Virus record (IMG/VR): IMGVR_UViG_3300033416_000002
Span: 5,012-69,011 of that record
Length of the DNA stretch: 64,000 nucleotides
DNA from: a virus
Taxonomy: Duplodnaviria > Caudoviricetes
Direction: 5' to 3' (one strand)
How positions within the stretch are numbered: the first letter of the stretch is position 1; each line of letters starts with the position of its first letter. Shown in pieces: positions 17,843-26,791 of the stretch. A model generated the notes under the pieces. That model was not told the origin of the DNA, ran no database searches, and saw only the letters and a program-made list of their open reading frames with translations. The position numbers were made by a program, and so were the translations under genes.

Positions 17843-18112
17843 GTGAACTACACGGGCAACGAGGGGCCACGAGAGGACAGAACGCTCGGTGGCGCGAGGG
17901 ATGCCGCGATTGACCTCATGCGGCAGCGAAAGCAGTGCGGGGCGCTGGAGTCCGAAGCGGACTTCATTGCCGGGTTGGTGGCCGTCACGGACTACGTTTT
18001 CGGTGACGGCGAAACGTCCACCATTACCCCGAGGTGGTTCGTAGATGTTCTGCGAGGGGATTCGGTTCTCGATCCCCTCCCACGGCAGAAAGCGGAGGTG
18101 GAAGATGTGTGA
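17843..18112 (+). CDS. Hypothetical protein
   Basis: GGAGG RBS. Confidence 0.55.
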   Translation: MNYTGNEGPREDRTLGGARDAAIDLMRQRKQCGALESEADFIAGLVAVTDYVFGDGETSTITPRWFVDVLRGDSVLDPLPRQKAEVEDV

Positions 18113-18395
18113 CGCACGGTACAACGGCTGGGCCAACTATGAGACCTGGGTGGTCAATCTCTGGCCCAGCAACGAGGAGGGCGCGTACCGCGACTGGGAG
18201 CGCGCGGCGGCTGAGGGGCCGGAATCCGCCCGGGCCTTCATCGAGGAGTACATCGGTCTCGAAGAAATGGGTGCGTGTCTGGTCACCGATCTCCTGAACT
18301 CCGCCCTGGACGAAGTGGACTGGGACGAGATCACCGCGGCCTACACCTCCGACGAGGAGGACGAGGAGGACGAGGAGGACGAGGAGGAGGAATGA
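18105..18395 (+). CDS. Conserved phage acidic protein with poly-(DEE) tail
   Basis: YNGWANYETW.VNLW motif; (GACGAGGAG)x4 at 18351-18391. Confidence 0.75.
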   Translation: MCDARYNGWANYETWVVNLWPSNEEGAYRDWERAAAEGPESARAFIEEYIGLEEMGACLVTDLLNSALDEVDWDEITAAYTSDEEDEEDEEDEEEE

Positions 18396-18733
18396 TCGCG
18401 CGCGCGGTTTCGGACTCTCGGGCACTTGACATGATCGCCCAGCGCATGGATGGCCAAGAGTGGGACGCGGAGATGATGTCAGACGTGGCCGCGTGGGTGG
18501 TGCGGACGGGCCGTGCGGTGCGCGAGCCACACGAGAAGAACGCCCCTGACGCGGCAATCGAGTACGGCTCCTGCAAGGAATGCGGGATGCCACTGTTGAG
18601 TGGCATGTTCTGTCGTCCGTGTCTCGGCTTGCTGGCGGAGGCGCCAGCGACCCTGCTGGATCTCCAAACGCGATACCATGAGTTGTTGCGCCGCATAGAG
18701 GCGCTGGAAAGGGCAGTGGGACAAAAAGAATGA
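18392..18733 (+). CDS. Hypothetical protein
   Basis: IA..MDG.EW.A..M..VA..V..TGR motif, then CKEC...CRPC. Confidence 0.65.
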   Translation: MIARAVSDSRALDMIAQRMDGQEWDAEMMSDVAAWVVRTGRAVREPHEKNAPDAAIEYGSCKECGMPLLSGMFCRPCLGLLAEAPATLLDLQTRYHELLRRIEALERAVGQKE

Positions 18734-19077
18734 TCGGGGGAGTAGTGTGCGTATCGTATCACGGAGTCATGGCCGATGGGGTGACCCAGGGGCGGTTGGT
18801 TACCATCCTGATCCCCGGCGAGCACCAGCACTACCTCGGCCAACAGGTGGAGGTCGTCCCGCAAGACGCGGTGCATGAGCCATCGCTGGTCGAGGCCGTG
18901 TTCAAGCACATCGCGGACATGACGCGGAAGGATCTCGACATCTCGATTGCCGCGGTGGCACAGAGGATGGGTCTGCCGCCACACGAAACGGAGCGAGTAT
19001 TCGACCTCCTCGCCAGCAACGGCCTGATCTCGCTGGACAGTCCGAACCCCGGCGACATCCCAGAGGAGGAGATGTGA
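18730..19077 (+). CDS. Hypothetical protein, C-terminal HTH-like
   Basis: SIAAVAQRMGLPPHETERVFDLLASNGLI resembles a winged HTH. Confidence 0.5.
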   Translation: MIGGVVCVSYHGVMADGVTQGRLVTILIPGEHQHYLGQQVEVVPQDAVHEPSLVEAVFKHIADMTRKDLDISIAAVAQRMGLPPHETERVFDLLASNGLISLDSPNPGDIPEEEM

Positions 19078-19397
19078 GCCGGATGGCGCGGCGGTCGGCG
19101 CGCTGGATGGGCCATCAGCCAGGGATGGTCTACGCGGTCACGATGACCTTCAATTCTCCAGTGACAGAGCGCGACGCACGCGCGTGGTTGCGGACCTATC
19201 TGGGCGTCAAGCGACTCAAGCCGGGCTCATCGGTCTGGAATGACGAGATCGACGACCCGGCGCCGGATGGCCTGGACCTGCCATTCAACGAGGATGAGGC
19301 GTATGAGCGGGCCATGGACAACCGAGCGTTCGAGCGAATGGACTTCCGTGATTGGGTCCAACACAATCGAGACATGGGAAAGGCGGAGGTGGGGTGA
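19074..19397 (+). CDS. Hypothetical protein
   Basis: Overlap packing; start uncertain. Confidence 0.55.
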   Translation: MSRMARRSARWMGHQPGMVYAVTMTFNSPVTERDARAWLRTYLGVKRLKPGSSVWNDEIDDPAPDGLDLPFNEDEAYERAMDNRAFERMDFRDWVQHNRDMGKAEVG

Positions 19398-19645
19398 GAC
19401 GACTGGTGTCGTGCCCGAATTGTGGTGGATACCTCGTTCGTGTCGAGGTGTGCCGCGAGGTGGCGGACCTGGAATACGATCCCGAGACGGGGCAGTATTA
19501 CAGCGACAAGCCCGAGATCACGAGTATCGAGGTTTCCGTCGAGTGTAGTAACGAGTGCGGTTTCGAGATCCTGCCCGGACTGGAGAACGATGCGGACCCC
19601 GGACTACCCGGCTTCTTGATCCCCGAGATCGAGATGTGGCAGTGA
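19394..19645 (+). CDS. Zn-ribbon hypothetical protein
   Basis: CPNCGG and CSNECG. Confidence 0.65.
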   Translation: MRRLVSCPNCGGYLVRVEVCREVADLEYDPETGQYYSDKPEITSIEVSVECSNECGFEILPGLENDADPGLPGFLIPEIEMWQ

Positions 19646-19959
19646 GCAACGCATCGAAGATCGTGCAGATGCTTGGCAGGTGTGGCTTCTACGAGGTCGA
19701 AGAGTCACCCGACACCGGCATGGTCCTCGCCCACGAGGACAACCCCAGCGTGCAGGTGCAGCTCTACACGTCCAAGTGGGGCAAGGCGTGCTGGGCGTAC
19801 TACGAACCGCGTACCGGCAAGCGGCGCGGCAAGTCGCATGGCCACACGTCCGTTCGAGAAGCCGTGAGGTTGGCGTGGCTTGCCGAATACGGAACCACGC
19901 CTAGCTTCGCGGACTACGACGAGATCAAGGCGAGAGTGAAGGAGTGCCGACGTGGATGA
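19642..19959 (+). CDS. Hypothetical protein
   Basis: GTGA overlap. Confidence 0.6.
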   Translation: MSNASKIVQMLGRCGFYEVEESPDTGMVLAHEDNPSVQVQLYTSKWGKACWAYYEPRTGKRRGKSHGHTSVREAVRLAWLAEYGTTPSFADYDEIKARVKECRRG

Positions 19960-20299
19960 CACAAAGACCTGGGTGGTGTTCCGGGTCTACGAGAGGAAGG
20001 GCTACTTCCCCGATGTGGTCGCCCTGTTCCCGCTGCTCGTGGAGAAGGATGTGCGCGGGCATTGGTACTGCACCTCCTACGAACATGTGGGCCAGCATGG
20101 AACCGCCGACTACAACTACGTGATCTCGATTTCGCGCCCGGCTCTACCGGAGGAGCAAGGTGCCCTTCACTACGAGCTGGCCGGGCTCGGGTATCACCTC
20201 GATGTTCACCAACGCGCGCCCTCGTGGCGTAAGATCGACGAGGCCAGAATGTTTCACATGAAACAATTGGAGGGGAGCGGCGATGTCGCATCCGACTGA
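19952..20299 (+). CDS. Conserved phage hypothetical protein
   Basis: VVFR..VALFP..SY.H.GQHG.A motif. Confidence 0.7.
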   Translation: MDDTKTWVVFRVYERKGYFPDVVALFPLLVEKDVRGHWYCTSYEHVGQHGTADYNYVISISRPALPEEQGALHYELAGLGYHLDVHQRAPSWRKIDEARMFHMKQLEGSGDVASD

Positions 20300-20570
20300 C
20301 ACGCATGCGTGGCGCTCTCTCCTCGTCCAGCTGCTATCGCCACTGGTGGGCGGAACGATCATCGACTACGAGTATCCCTCCGTACACGGATTCCTCTGGC
20401 CGACACTGCTGGTTGCGTGTCGTGACGGAAAGGTGCTCGCAGTCATCTTCAACTCGGACGCGGAGGGGAATCACTCGGGTTATCCCGACGTGGTTGCGCT
20501 TCCCCGCGAGCTTGCCAGCGCCGCTCTTCAGGGGCGGGGAGAGGAATCTCACGATGAAGATCGAAGTTGA
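20283..20570 (+). CDS. Hypothetical protein
   Basis: RBS; SDAEGN..G motif. Confidence 0.6.
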   Translation: MSHPTDTHAWRSLLVQLLSPLVGGTIIDYEYPSVHGFLWPTLLVACRDGKVLAVIFNSDAEGNHSGYPDVVALPRELASAALQGRGEESHDEDRS

Positions 20571-21189
20571 TCTTGACAACCTGTCCTGCGATTCGGCCTG
20601 GGTTGTCCCGGTCCCCTACCAGTGGACGGACCTGGGCACGGCCTGGGATCTGGTGGTGCCCGATCCCGATGGCCTGAGCGATGAGGAGCTGTTGGACTTG
20701 GCCTCCTATCTCCCCGTGGCTCCCGAGGAGGGTCTTCTCAGTCCGATGGACTGGACCGACGAGTATCACGCGAAGTTGACAGACTTGCTCTGGGGGGCGC
20801 TGAACACAGAGGACCACTTCTTCCCGATGATGTGCTACTACTACCCCCTGCCGGGGCTCCGCTACACTGTCCACGAGGCGCAGATGAGGGTGCTGAATAC
20901 TGCTTGCGTTGTGGCGACCGTGGGGGGCGAGCCGGTGCTGGCACTGGGCGGTGGTGGCATGGACCTCACCTGGGACATCATCGAGGCCTACGTGCTACTG
21001 GGCCTCATGCCACCGCTGCACTTCTGCAATCCCCCCTACACGCTCGATCAGATGCACCCCACCAAGCGAGCCCTGTTGCTCAATGCGTGCCGCGCGTCGC
21101 TCTACTTCGCGCAGAGGATCTGCGAGCAGGACCTGCGCGCCGTGGATCAACTCTGGAGGGAGTATGAACTCGACGACCAGCCAGTATGA
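20554..21189 (+). CDS. Hypothetical protein
   Basis: GAGG RBS; PMM.Y.YP and LAL.GGGMDL.W.I..AY motifs. Confidence 0.7.
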   Translation: MKIEVDLDNLSCDSAWVVPVPYQWTDLGTAWDLVVPDPDGLSDEELLDLASYLPVAPEEGLLSPMDWTDEYHAKLTDLLWGALNTEDHFFPMMCYYYPLPGLRYTVHEAQMRVLNTACVVATVGGEPVLALGGGGMDLTWDIIEAYVLLGLMPPLHFCNPPYTLDQMHPTKRALLLNACRASLYFAQRICEQDLRAVDQLWREYELDDQPV

Positions 21190-21424
21190 CCAGTTGGGCG
21201 TGGTGCTCGGCACCGTGGTGGCGGTAGCCGAGGAGCGGAACGGAGTGGTGTCGATCTACATCGACCACTCCGAGATCGAGATCACCGTTACGGGTGCGGT
21301 TGACCCCCATGCGCGTGAGGGGGTTGCCTGTCCGCGGAACCGCCACCATCCGCTTCTGCGCCAGCTCGAGGACGCGCTCGCCTACTGGTTGGCTCCGGAG
21401 GACTCTCATGACGAAGAGGATTGA
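21164..21424 (+). CDS. Hypothetical protein
   Basis: GGAGGGAG RBS. Confidence 0.55.
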   Translation: MNSTTSQYDQLGVVLGTVVAVAEERNGVVSIYIDHSEIEITVTGAVDPHAREGVACPRNRHHPLLRQLEDALAYWLAPEDSHDEED

Positions 21425-21779
21425 CAACCCGACCGTCGAGGAGTTGCAGGAGCGGATCAACGCGGCCCTCGCCTGGATAGCAATCCACGAGCGTAGCTAC
21501 GGGGGATCCCTCCAGGTGGCCATCGGCATCCTGCGTGGCAATCCCTATCTCGTCAGACACGAAGAGTGCTACCTCACGGTCGAGGAACTCGACGCTCTGG
21601 ATGAGGGGGACAGAGAGGCCGTGGAGCTGTGCGCATCCCAACTCGCGGATCGCGTTGAGAGGCAATGTGCCCTTGAGGGGTGGGGCACGAGTGGGTGGTT
21701 TATGGTGGGCGAGATGCTTCTCGCCACGCTGCTTCAGCGTCTGGAGTTCGAGAATGGAGAAGAAGATGAACGACCATGA
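21408..21779 (+). CDS. Hypothetical protein
   Basis: GGAGG RBS. Confidence 0.6.
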   Translation: MTKRIDNPTVEELQERINAALAWIAIHERSYGGSLQVAIGILRGNPYLVRHEECYLTVEELDALDEGDREAVELCASQLADRVERQCALEGWGTSGWFMVGEMLLATLLQRLEFENGEEDERP

Positions 21780-22128
21780 CCCAACCGCGATGGTGTCCGA
21801 GTTGCTCGGACAACTGCACGATGTCCGGTGCGAGCTGGCGGAACTGAAGGACACGGAAAGGGCGATCCGAGACCGGATCGCCCGTGAGTTGCCGAGGGTC
21901 CCGGGGTGGCAGGACGGCGAGCCCCTGAGGTTCCTTCTCGGTATCATCACTCGTGTGCCTTCGTACAGGAAGGTGTCTTACAAGGCCCGCGAGCTTGACG
22001 GGCTGCTGGCCGCCAACCCGGCCCTCGCCGCCCTGCTCCACGGTATGCGGGTCGAGACGTGGGTGGAGGAATCGTTCCGCGTCAAGTTCGCGGGGCCAGG
22101 GGCGGATGAAGGTGAAGACCCAGAATAG
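21766..22128 (+). CDS. Coiled-coil hypothetical protein
   Basis: GGAG RBS; N-terminal heptads. Confidence 0.6.
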   Translation: MNDHDPTAMVSELLGQLHDVRCELAELKDTERAIRDRIARELPRVPGWQDGEPLRFLLGIITRVPSYRKVSYKARELDGLLAANPALAALLHGMRVETWVEESFRVKFAGPGADEGEDPE

Positions 22129-22369
22129 ATACGGCACCGTCAATCGGGCGGTTACCCTCGCGTGGCGGGGTCACACGATCCAGATTCCCGTGGGTCTCAG
22201 GGTGGTAGGTATTCACGATCCCGCCAGCGAGCTGGGCATCTGGTGGATCGTGGCAGAGCCCGCCGCGCTCTTCGGGCTTGGCTCGCAGGAGTTCGCCGAG
22301 GCGGTGCGCTACGGCATCACGATCCCCTACGGGATCATCACGATGGACCCGGACCAACCCGACTCTTGA
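22106..22369 (+). CDS. Hypothetical protein
   Basis: Packing; last ORF before the 22366 promoter. Confidence 0.55.
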   Translation: MKVKTQNRYGTVNRAVTLAWRGHTIQIPVGLRVVGIHDPASELGIWWIVAEPAALFGLGSQEFAEAVRYGITIPYGIITMDPDQPDS

Positions 22370-22394
22370 CAAGATCGTAGTGACCTGATATACT
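22366..22394 (+). promoter_or_regulatory. Consensus sigma70 promoter with extended -10
   Basis: TTGACA-17nt-TATACT with TG at 22386-22387; drives the DNA-metabolism operon. Confidence 0.85.
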
Positions 22395-22424
22395 GGTAAC
22401 CCTATCCGGCGATAGGAGGAAGAC

Positions 22425-23450
22425 ATGGCTGCTTACGGGGGAGTGCAGTTGGCGATGCCTCTGGTCGAGGAAGGGGGCAGCGCGAAGATCGCGGCGTTCG
22501 ACATCGAGACCACTTCTCTCCCGGCGGACTTCAACTCCTCGCCGCTGGGGTCTCTGCCCACCATGACCTGCGGAGCCGTGATCTGGTCGGACGGCTACAC
22601 GGAAGAGATCCGGGTATGGCGGGCCGACTGTCTGGACTCCGCCGAGAGTATGGTGGAGATCCTCGATGCGCTGCTCCACGAGGGCTACCGGGTCTTCAGC
22701 TTCAACGGTGCGGGTTTCGACTGCCGTGTGCTGGCGGGTCAGGTTCTCTCTCGCGCGGGACGGGCGGCCCTGCGTCATGTGACGCTCCAGCACCATGATC
22801 TGATGGCCATGGTGGTCCAGGCCACGGGCGGGCGGGTATCGCTCAACGCCTGTCTCAGGGGTATGGGGTTGGAGCAGAAGCTCCACCGGGTGACTCTTTC
22901 CAACGGGGAGGTATTGACCTCCATGAGTGGACGCATGGCGCCCGAGCTGTGGGCGCGGGGGGAGTACGAGGCCGTCATTGAGTATCTCACCCAGGACGTG
23001 GTGACGACGCTCTCGCTGGCGCGGATGGTAGAGCACACCGAGAGTATCGCCTGGGCCTACGGTCGGAAGCGCAATGGCACTCCGGTGGCCGTCCTGCCAG
23101 TGGGGGAGCTTCTCGGACCCACGGCCCGCCCTGAGACACGCGAGCTGGTAGCGTGGATGAAAGCAATGGAGGCCGCCCCGCCATTCGACGGGGTGACGTT
23201 TGACGAGGGGCGGGATGCTCGTCGCATGGGCACACAGCTCCAGGCGGTCTACGACTGCATGCGCGACGGGGACTGGTGGACGCTGCGCCGTTTGCAAGAC
23301 GAGCTTGCAATCAGGGGGATCGAGTCCACCGAGACGGCTGTCTCCGCCCGGATCCGCGATCTGAGAAAGGGAATCTATGGCGCGCACACCGTAGAGGGCG
23401 AACATGTGATCAATGGCCTGTGGCGGTACCGACTGGTGGGGGGTAAGTGA
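22425..23450 (+). CDS. RNase H-like / DEDD 3'-5' exonuclease fused to a C-terminal winged HTH
   Basis: AFDIETT, FNGAGFD, EYLTQD motifs; WWTL..L..SARIRDLRK HTH at the C-terminus. Confidence 0.75.
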   Translation: MAAYGGVQLAMPLVEEGGSAKIAAFDIETTSLPADFNSSPLGSLPTMTCGAVIWSDGYTEEIRVWRADCLDSAESMVEILDALLHEGYRVFSFNGAGFDCRVLAGQVLSRAGRAALRHVTLQHHDLMAMVVQATGGRVSLNACLRGMGLEQKLHRVTLSNGEVLTSMSGRMAPELWARGEYEAVIEYLTQDVVTTLSLARMVEHTESIAWAYGRKRNGTPVAVLPVGELLGPTARPETRELVAWMKAMEAAPPFDGVTFDEGRDARRMGTQLQAVYDCMRDGDWWTLRRLQDELAIRGIESTETAVSARIRDLRKGIYGAHTVEGEHVINGLWRYRLVGGK

Positions 23451-23451
23451 C

Positions 23452-23652
23452 ATGACACCGGAACAGATGATGGCCTGGATTGATGGAGCGAGCTACGAGC
23501 AGCTGCTGAGGAAGTGGCGCCACGAGCCCGCTGGCAATCCGTTCTTCGTGGGCGACGTGGGACTCCACTTCTCCCAGGTCATGGAGCAGAAGAAACTGCT
23601 CCTCGGCGAGGCCGAGCGCGTCGCCGTCAGCAAGCGAGTGGGGTGGGACTGA
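23452..23652 (+). CDS. Hypothetical protein
   Basis: WIDGASYEQLLRKWR..P.G..F..G motif. Confidence 0.6.
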   Translation: MTPEQMMAWIDGASYEQLLRKWRHEPAGNPFFVGDVGLHFSQVMEQKKLLLGEAERVAVSKRVGWD

Positions 23653-24521
23653 TGCACATCGAGATCAGCAGGGAACCGCCGCGTGGGTGCGGCTTTCGTG
23701 TGCCGGATGAATCCGAGGTCTTCCGGCTCTACCTCTGTGGGGGCATGTTCGATCGCGCCTGTGGACGCCTGCCCTACCCACTCACGGCCTGCCAGGCATG
23801 CGGGGGTGGGATCCGGCTGAGGCGAGGCTACCAAAAGATCTCACCCCGCCTCCTGTTCGGTAACGGGACGGAGTTGCGACAGCAGATCGAGGCGGCGGTG
23901 ATCCGCGCCCTTCGGGCCATCAACCTGCCCTCCTCGCAGTACAACTGGATCGCCGACCAGGTGGCGGGAGAGTTCGGTGGCCGCGACGTGATGGCGTGCG
24001 CGTGCCCCGAGGAGTGCGCGGGATGTCCAATGGATCCGGTTGATCTGCCCGAGGTGGCGATGCTGCTCAACGTGGGTGTGGCCACCTACCCGACCCGCGA
24101 ACGTTTCCTCCGCGAGGGGCGAGAGCGCGGGGTGAGCAGGCGCATCCACAGCATCCCGTCGTGGTTCATCCCTGGTGAGACGCTGGTGTATGTGTCCCAT
24201 CCCTACGGGCTCATGCCCTGGGAGCGAGGCTACAAGGCGGCGGAGGTCGAGGAGGTCGAGGAAGAGCAGGTGGGCTTCCTGACCATTGAGAAGGATGTTC
24301 TTGTCAAGGATAGTCAAGGCATCCCGGCGATCATTGCCGTCTATCGCCCTCACATCGAGGTGACACTGCGCACCGACGACTCGGACATGATCCCAAGCCG
24401 CGAACTCGACTACCTCGAGGGCCTGGAGTCGCGGTTCGGCAGCGCCGTGAAGTTCCTGAAGGTGGAGCCGATCGAGGACGAGCAGGGGACCCTGGACGAC
24501 TTCCTGAACGACGACGAATGA
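23652..24521 (+). CDS. Cys-rich hypothetical protein
   Basis: RGCG.R..YL.G, CQAC, CPEECAGC; TGATG coupling. Confidence 0.7.
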   Translation: MHIEISREPPRGCGFRVPDESEVFRLYLCGGMFDRACGRLPYPLTACQACGGGIRLRRGYQKISPRLLFGNGTELRQQIEAAVIRALRAINLPSSQYNWIADQVAGEFGGRDVMACACPEECAGCPMDPVDLPEVAMLLNVGVATYPTRERFLREGRERGVSRRIHSIPSWFIPGETLVYVSHPYGLMPWERGYKAAEVEEVEEEQVGFLTIEKDVLVKDSQGIPAIIAVYRPHIEVTLRTDDSDMIPSRELDYLEGLESRFGSAVKFLKVEPIEDEQGTLDDFLNDDE

Positions 24522-25018
24522 CCATGGAGGAACGCATGTCCGATGACGCACTCACCTGCAAGGAGGCGGCTCAGCTCCTACGTCGCAGGGATACTGGTGA
24601 GCCCATACGCCCCGTCACCATCCGCACCTACATCCATCGCGGGCTTCTGTCCGAGCACCCCAAGACCGTGCGGGACCCAGGCACCGGGATGGTACTGCGC
24701 TACTACGTGAGTAGGGCGGAGGTCGAGCAGCTTCGCGCGAACATGCACGGGGGTCCGGGCATCGGGCGGCCCCAGGGTCGCCAGTCCAGTACTGATGTGC
24801 GTTTGATGAATCGAGATGCCAGAGACGGGCTGGCCCTGGACTGCTTCAAGCGGGTGGGCCCTACCGGCCTCACCTCCGGTGAGCTGGCTACCGTACTTGA
24901 CATCTCGGCCGGATCCGCGTACACCACCATTCTTCGCTTGCGCGAGCTGGACTTGGTGGTGCCACACAGCAGCAGGACCTACGTGTACGTGCTCAAGGAG
25001 ACAGACAATGACCAGTGA
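24518..25018 (+). CDS. Double-HTH DNA-binding protein (MerR/excisionase-like N-term, winged HTH C-term)
   Basis: LTCKEAAQLL...TIRTYIHRGLL; GLTSGELATVLDISAGSAYTTILRLRELDLV. Confidence 0.7.
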   Translation: MTMEERMSDDALTCKEAAQLLRRRDTGEPIRPVTIRTYIHRGLLSEHPKTVRDPGTGMVLRYYVSRAEVEQLRANMHGGPGIGRPQGRQSSTDVRLMNRDARDGLALDCFKRVGPTGLTSGELATVLDISAGSAYTTILRLRELDLVVPHSSRTYVYVLKETDNDQ

Positions 25019-25760
25019 TCCACCCTCCGCCTCATCCGTGCTGGAGTTCGCCCCCGCGTTGCGGGGTGCCGACAAACTGCGGGCGGCGGTATTCGGCCCT
25101 TCCGGGTCGGGCAAGACCCGCTTCGCCATCGAGCTGGCTCGCAATCTCATCGGTCCCGATGGCAAGCTCGGCGTCATCGACACCGAGATGGGGCGAGCGT
25201 GCGAGTACGCAGACTGGGTTGCCTTCCAGACCTTGCGCCTCGGCGCCTTCTCGGTGAACGACTACATCGCCGCGGTGGGCGCCGCGGTGCGTGCCCAGAT
25301 GGACGCCCTCGTCATCGACTCACTCTCCCACGTCTGGGAGGGCGAGGGCGGACTCCTGGATACGATGGACCGGCTACCCCAGAAGGACAAGGCCTATGGC
25401 AAGGCGTGGGGCCCAGCGAATACGGCGCTCCGTCGCCTCATCACGGTGCTCTCGAAGGCATCCGCCGCCACGGCAGCCCACCCAATGCACGTCATCTGCA
25501 CCTTGCGGGCCAAGACCGACTGGGAGCCCGACGAGAAGGGCAACCGCCAGCCCGTGGGCGTCTCGCCCGTGATGAAGGCCGGAGTGGAGTACGAGTTCAG
25601 CCTCGTGGGGGTTTTGGAGGCCAACCACGTTCTGCGTATCATCAAGGCCCCCCCGGGGAGCGGACTCGATCGCTACGTCGGCGACTCGCTGAATCCACAA
25701 GTGTCCCAGCTTCTCCTGACATGGCTTGGAGGGGGTCGGAATGACCAAGGGCAGCTATGA
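25008..25760 (+). CDS. AAA ATPase (AAA_24 / Sak4-like recombination ATPase)
   Basis: GPSGSGKT Walker A; IDTE; VIDSLSHVWEGEGG; EYEF. Confidence 0.85.
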   Translation: MTSDPPSASSVLEFAPALRGADKLRAAVFGPSGSGKTRFAIELARNLIGPDGKLGVIDTEMGRACEYADWVAFQTLRLGAFSVNDYIAAVGAAVRAQMDALVIDSLSHVWEGEGGLLDTMDRLPQKDKAYGKAWGPANTALRRLITVLSKASAATAAHPMHVICTLRAKTDWEPDEKGNRQPVGVSPVMKAGVEYEFSLVGVLEANHVLRIIKAPPGSGLDRYVGDSLNPQVSQLLLTWLGGGRNDQGQL

Positions 25761-26127
25761 ACGACGGACCCGCCAGCTTCAGCCCAAGAAGCGATCCGCA
25801 CGTCGCCGTGAGTACCATGAACACGGACTAGGCCTGGCGCTCGTGGCCTTCCACGAGATAGCCACCCAGCTCGGGCTCGACCACCGAGCCCTCCTCGTAC
25901 TACTGACTCGTACCCTCTACGGCGACACCGTAGCCAATTCCCTCGAGCGCCGCCTGGCTCGCCTTGCCGACTTGACCGAAGCGGCCAAGGCCGTCATGGC
26001 ACGCTTCGGTTACGTGGAACACGACGGGCGCCTGATTCATGTCGGAGGTGCCAGTGACAACCCTGATCGTCAGGAGCAAGCTCCAGGAGGACTTCCTGGT
26101 CGTCCCCAGGAAGCTGGCCCAGAATGA
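25741..26127 (+). CDS. Hypothetical protein
   Basis: GGAGG RBS. Confidence 0.55.
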   Translation: MTKGSYERRTRQLQPKKRSARRREYHEHGLGLALVAFHEIATQLGLDHRALLVLLTRTLYGDTVANSLERRLARLADLTEAAKAVMARFGYVEHDGRLIHVGGASDNPDRQEQAPGGLPGRPQEAGPE

Positions 26128-26791
26128 GGAACTCAGCTTCGATGCCCGCGGACTCCTGCTCTACCTCCTCTCCAAGCCCCGGGACTGGCGCGTCCAGATC
26201 GCCGACCTGCGCGCCGCTGGCCAGATAGGCCGGGACAAGGCCTACGGCCTCCTCACAGAACTCATCCAGGCTGGCCATGTCGTCCGCCATGAGGTGAGGG
26301 ATGCACAGGGTCGCGCAGGTGGCATAGAGTATTATGTGTACGACTTTCCCCTGCCGGTGGTCGTGAGCGAGAAGATTGAGCCGCTTCCGGATTTTCCGGA
26401 TCCGGCAAAACCGGATCCGGCAAACACGGACGCATACAAAGTAGAGAACCTTACAAAGAAGAGAACCCCCAGGGGGACGGAACTGCCTACCGACCATCCC
26501 CGGGAGAGGGACCTCGGCTTCGAGATCGTGGCCCGCATCATGGGGGCACCGGACACCAAGAGGATGAGTGGCTCTCTGCGGGGGGCGATCAACCGGCATC
26601 TGAAGCAATGGCGGGCAGATGGTGCGGACGATCAGGTCTTTGAGCGGTTGGATGAGCTGTATCGCCAGTCGTTCGAGGGCCAGAAGGGGCGAGCGCCCAG
26701 CTGGCCCAGGATCGAGCAGCTGATCTCGACCGCAATGGCGAGCACTGCCGAGGCCACCGACTGTAGCTATCTGGTCGGGGCTGCCAGGTGA
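26039..26791 (+). CDS. HTH replication initiator-like protein
   Basis: N..LSFDARGLLLYLLSKP.DW...DL...GRDK...L.ELI.AG motif; P(D/A)P.(K/N)P linker; upstream of helicase. Confidence 0.8.
   Translation: MSEVPVTTLIVRSKLQEDFLVVPRKLAQNEELSFDARGLLLYLLSKPRDWRVQIADLRAAGQIGRDKAYGLLTELIQAGHVVRHEVRDAQGRAGGIEYYVYDFPLPVVVSEKIEPLPDFPDPAKPDPANTDAYKVENLTKKRTPRGTELPTDHPRERDLGFEIVARIMGAPDTKRMSGSLRGAINRHLKQWRADGADDQVFERLDELYRQSFEGQKGRAPSWPRIEQLISTAMASTAEATDCSYLVGAAR

Noticed and set aside
24518-25018. Excisionase as evidence for a temperate lifestyle
   Set aside because: MerR-like HTH domains are generic; no integrase or att-like site was found.
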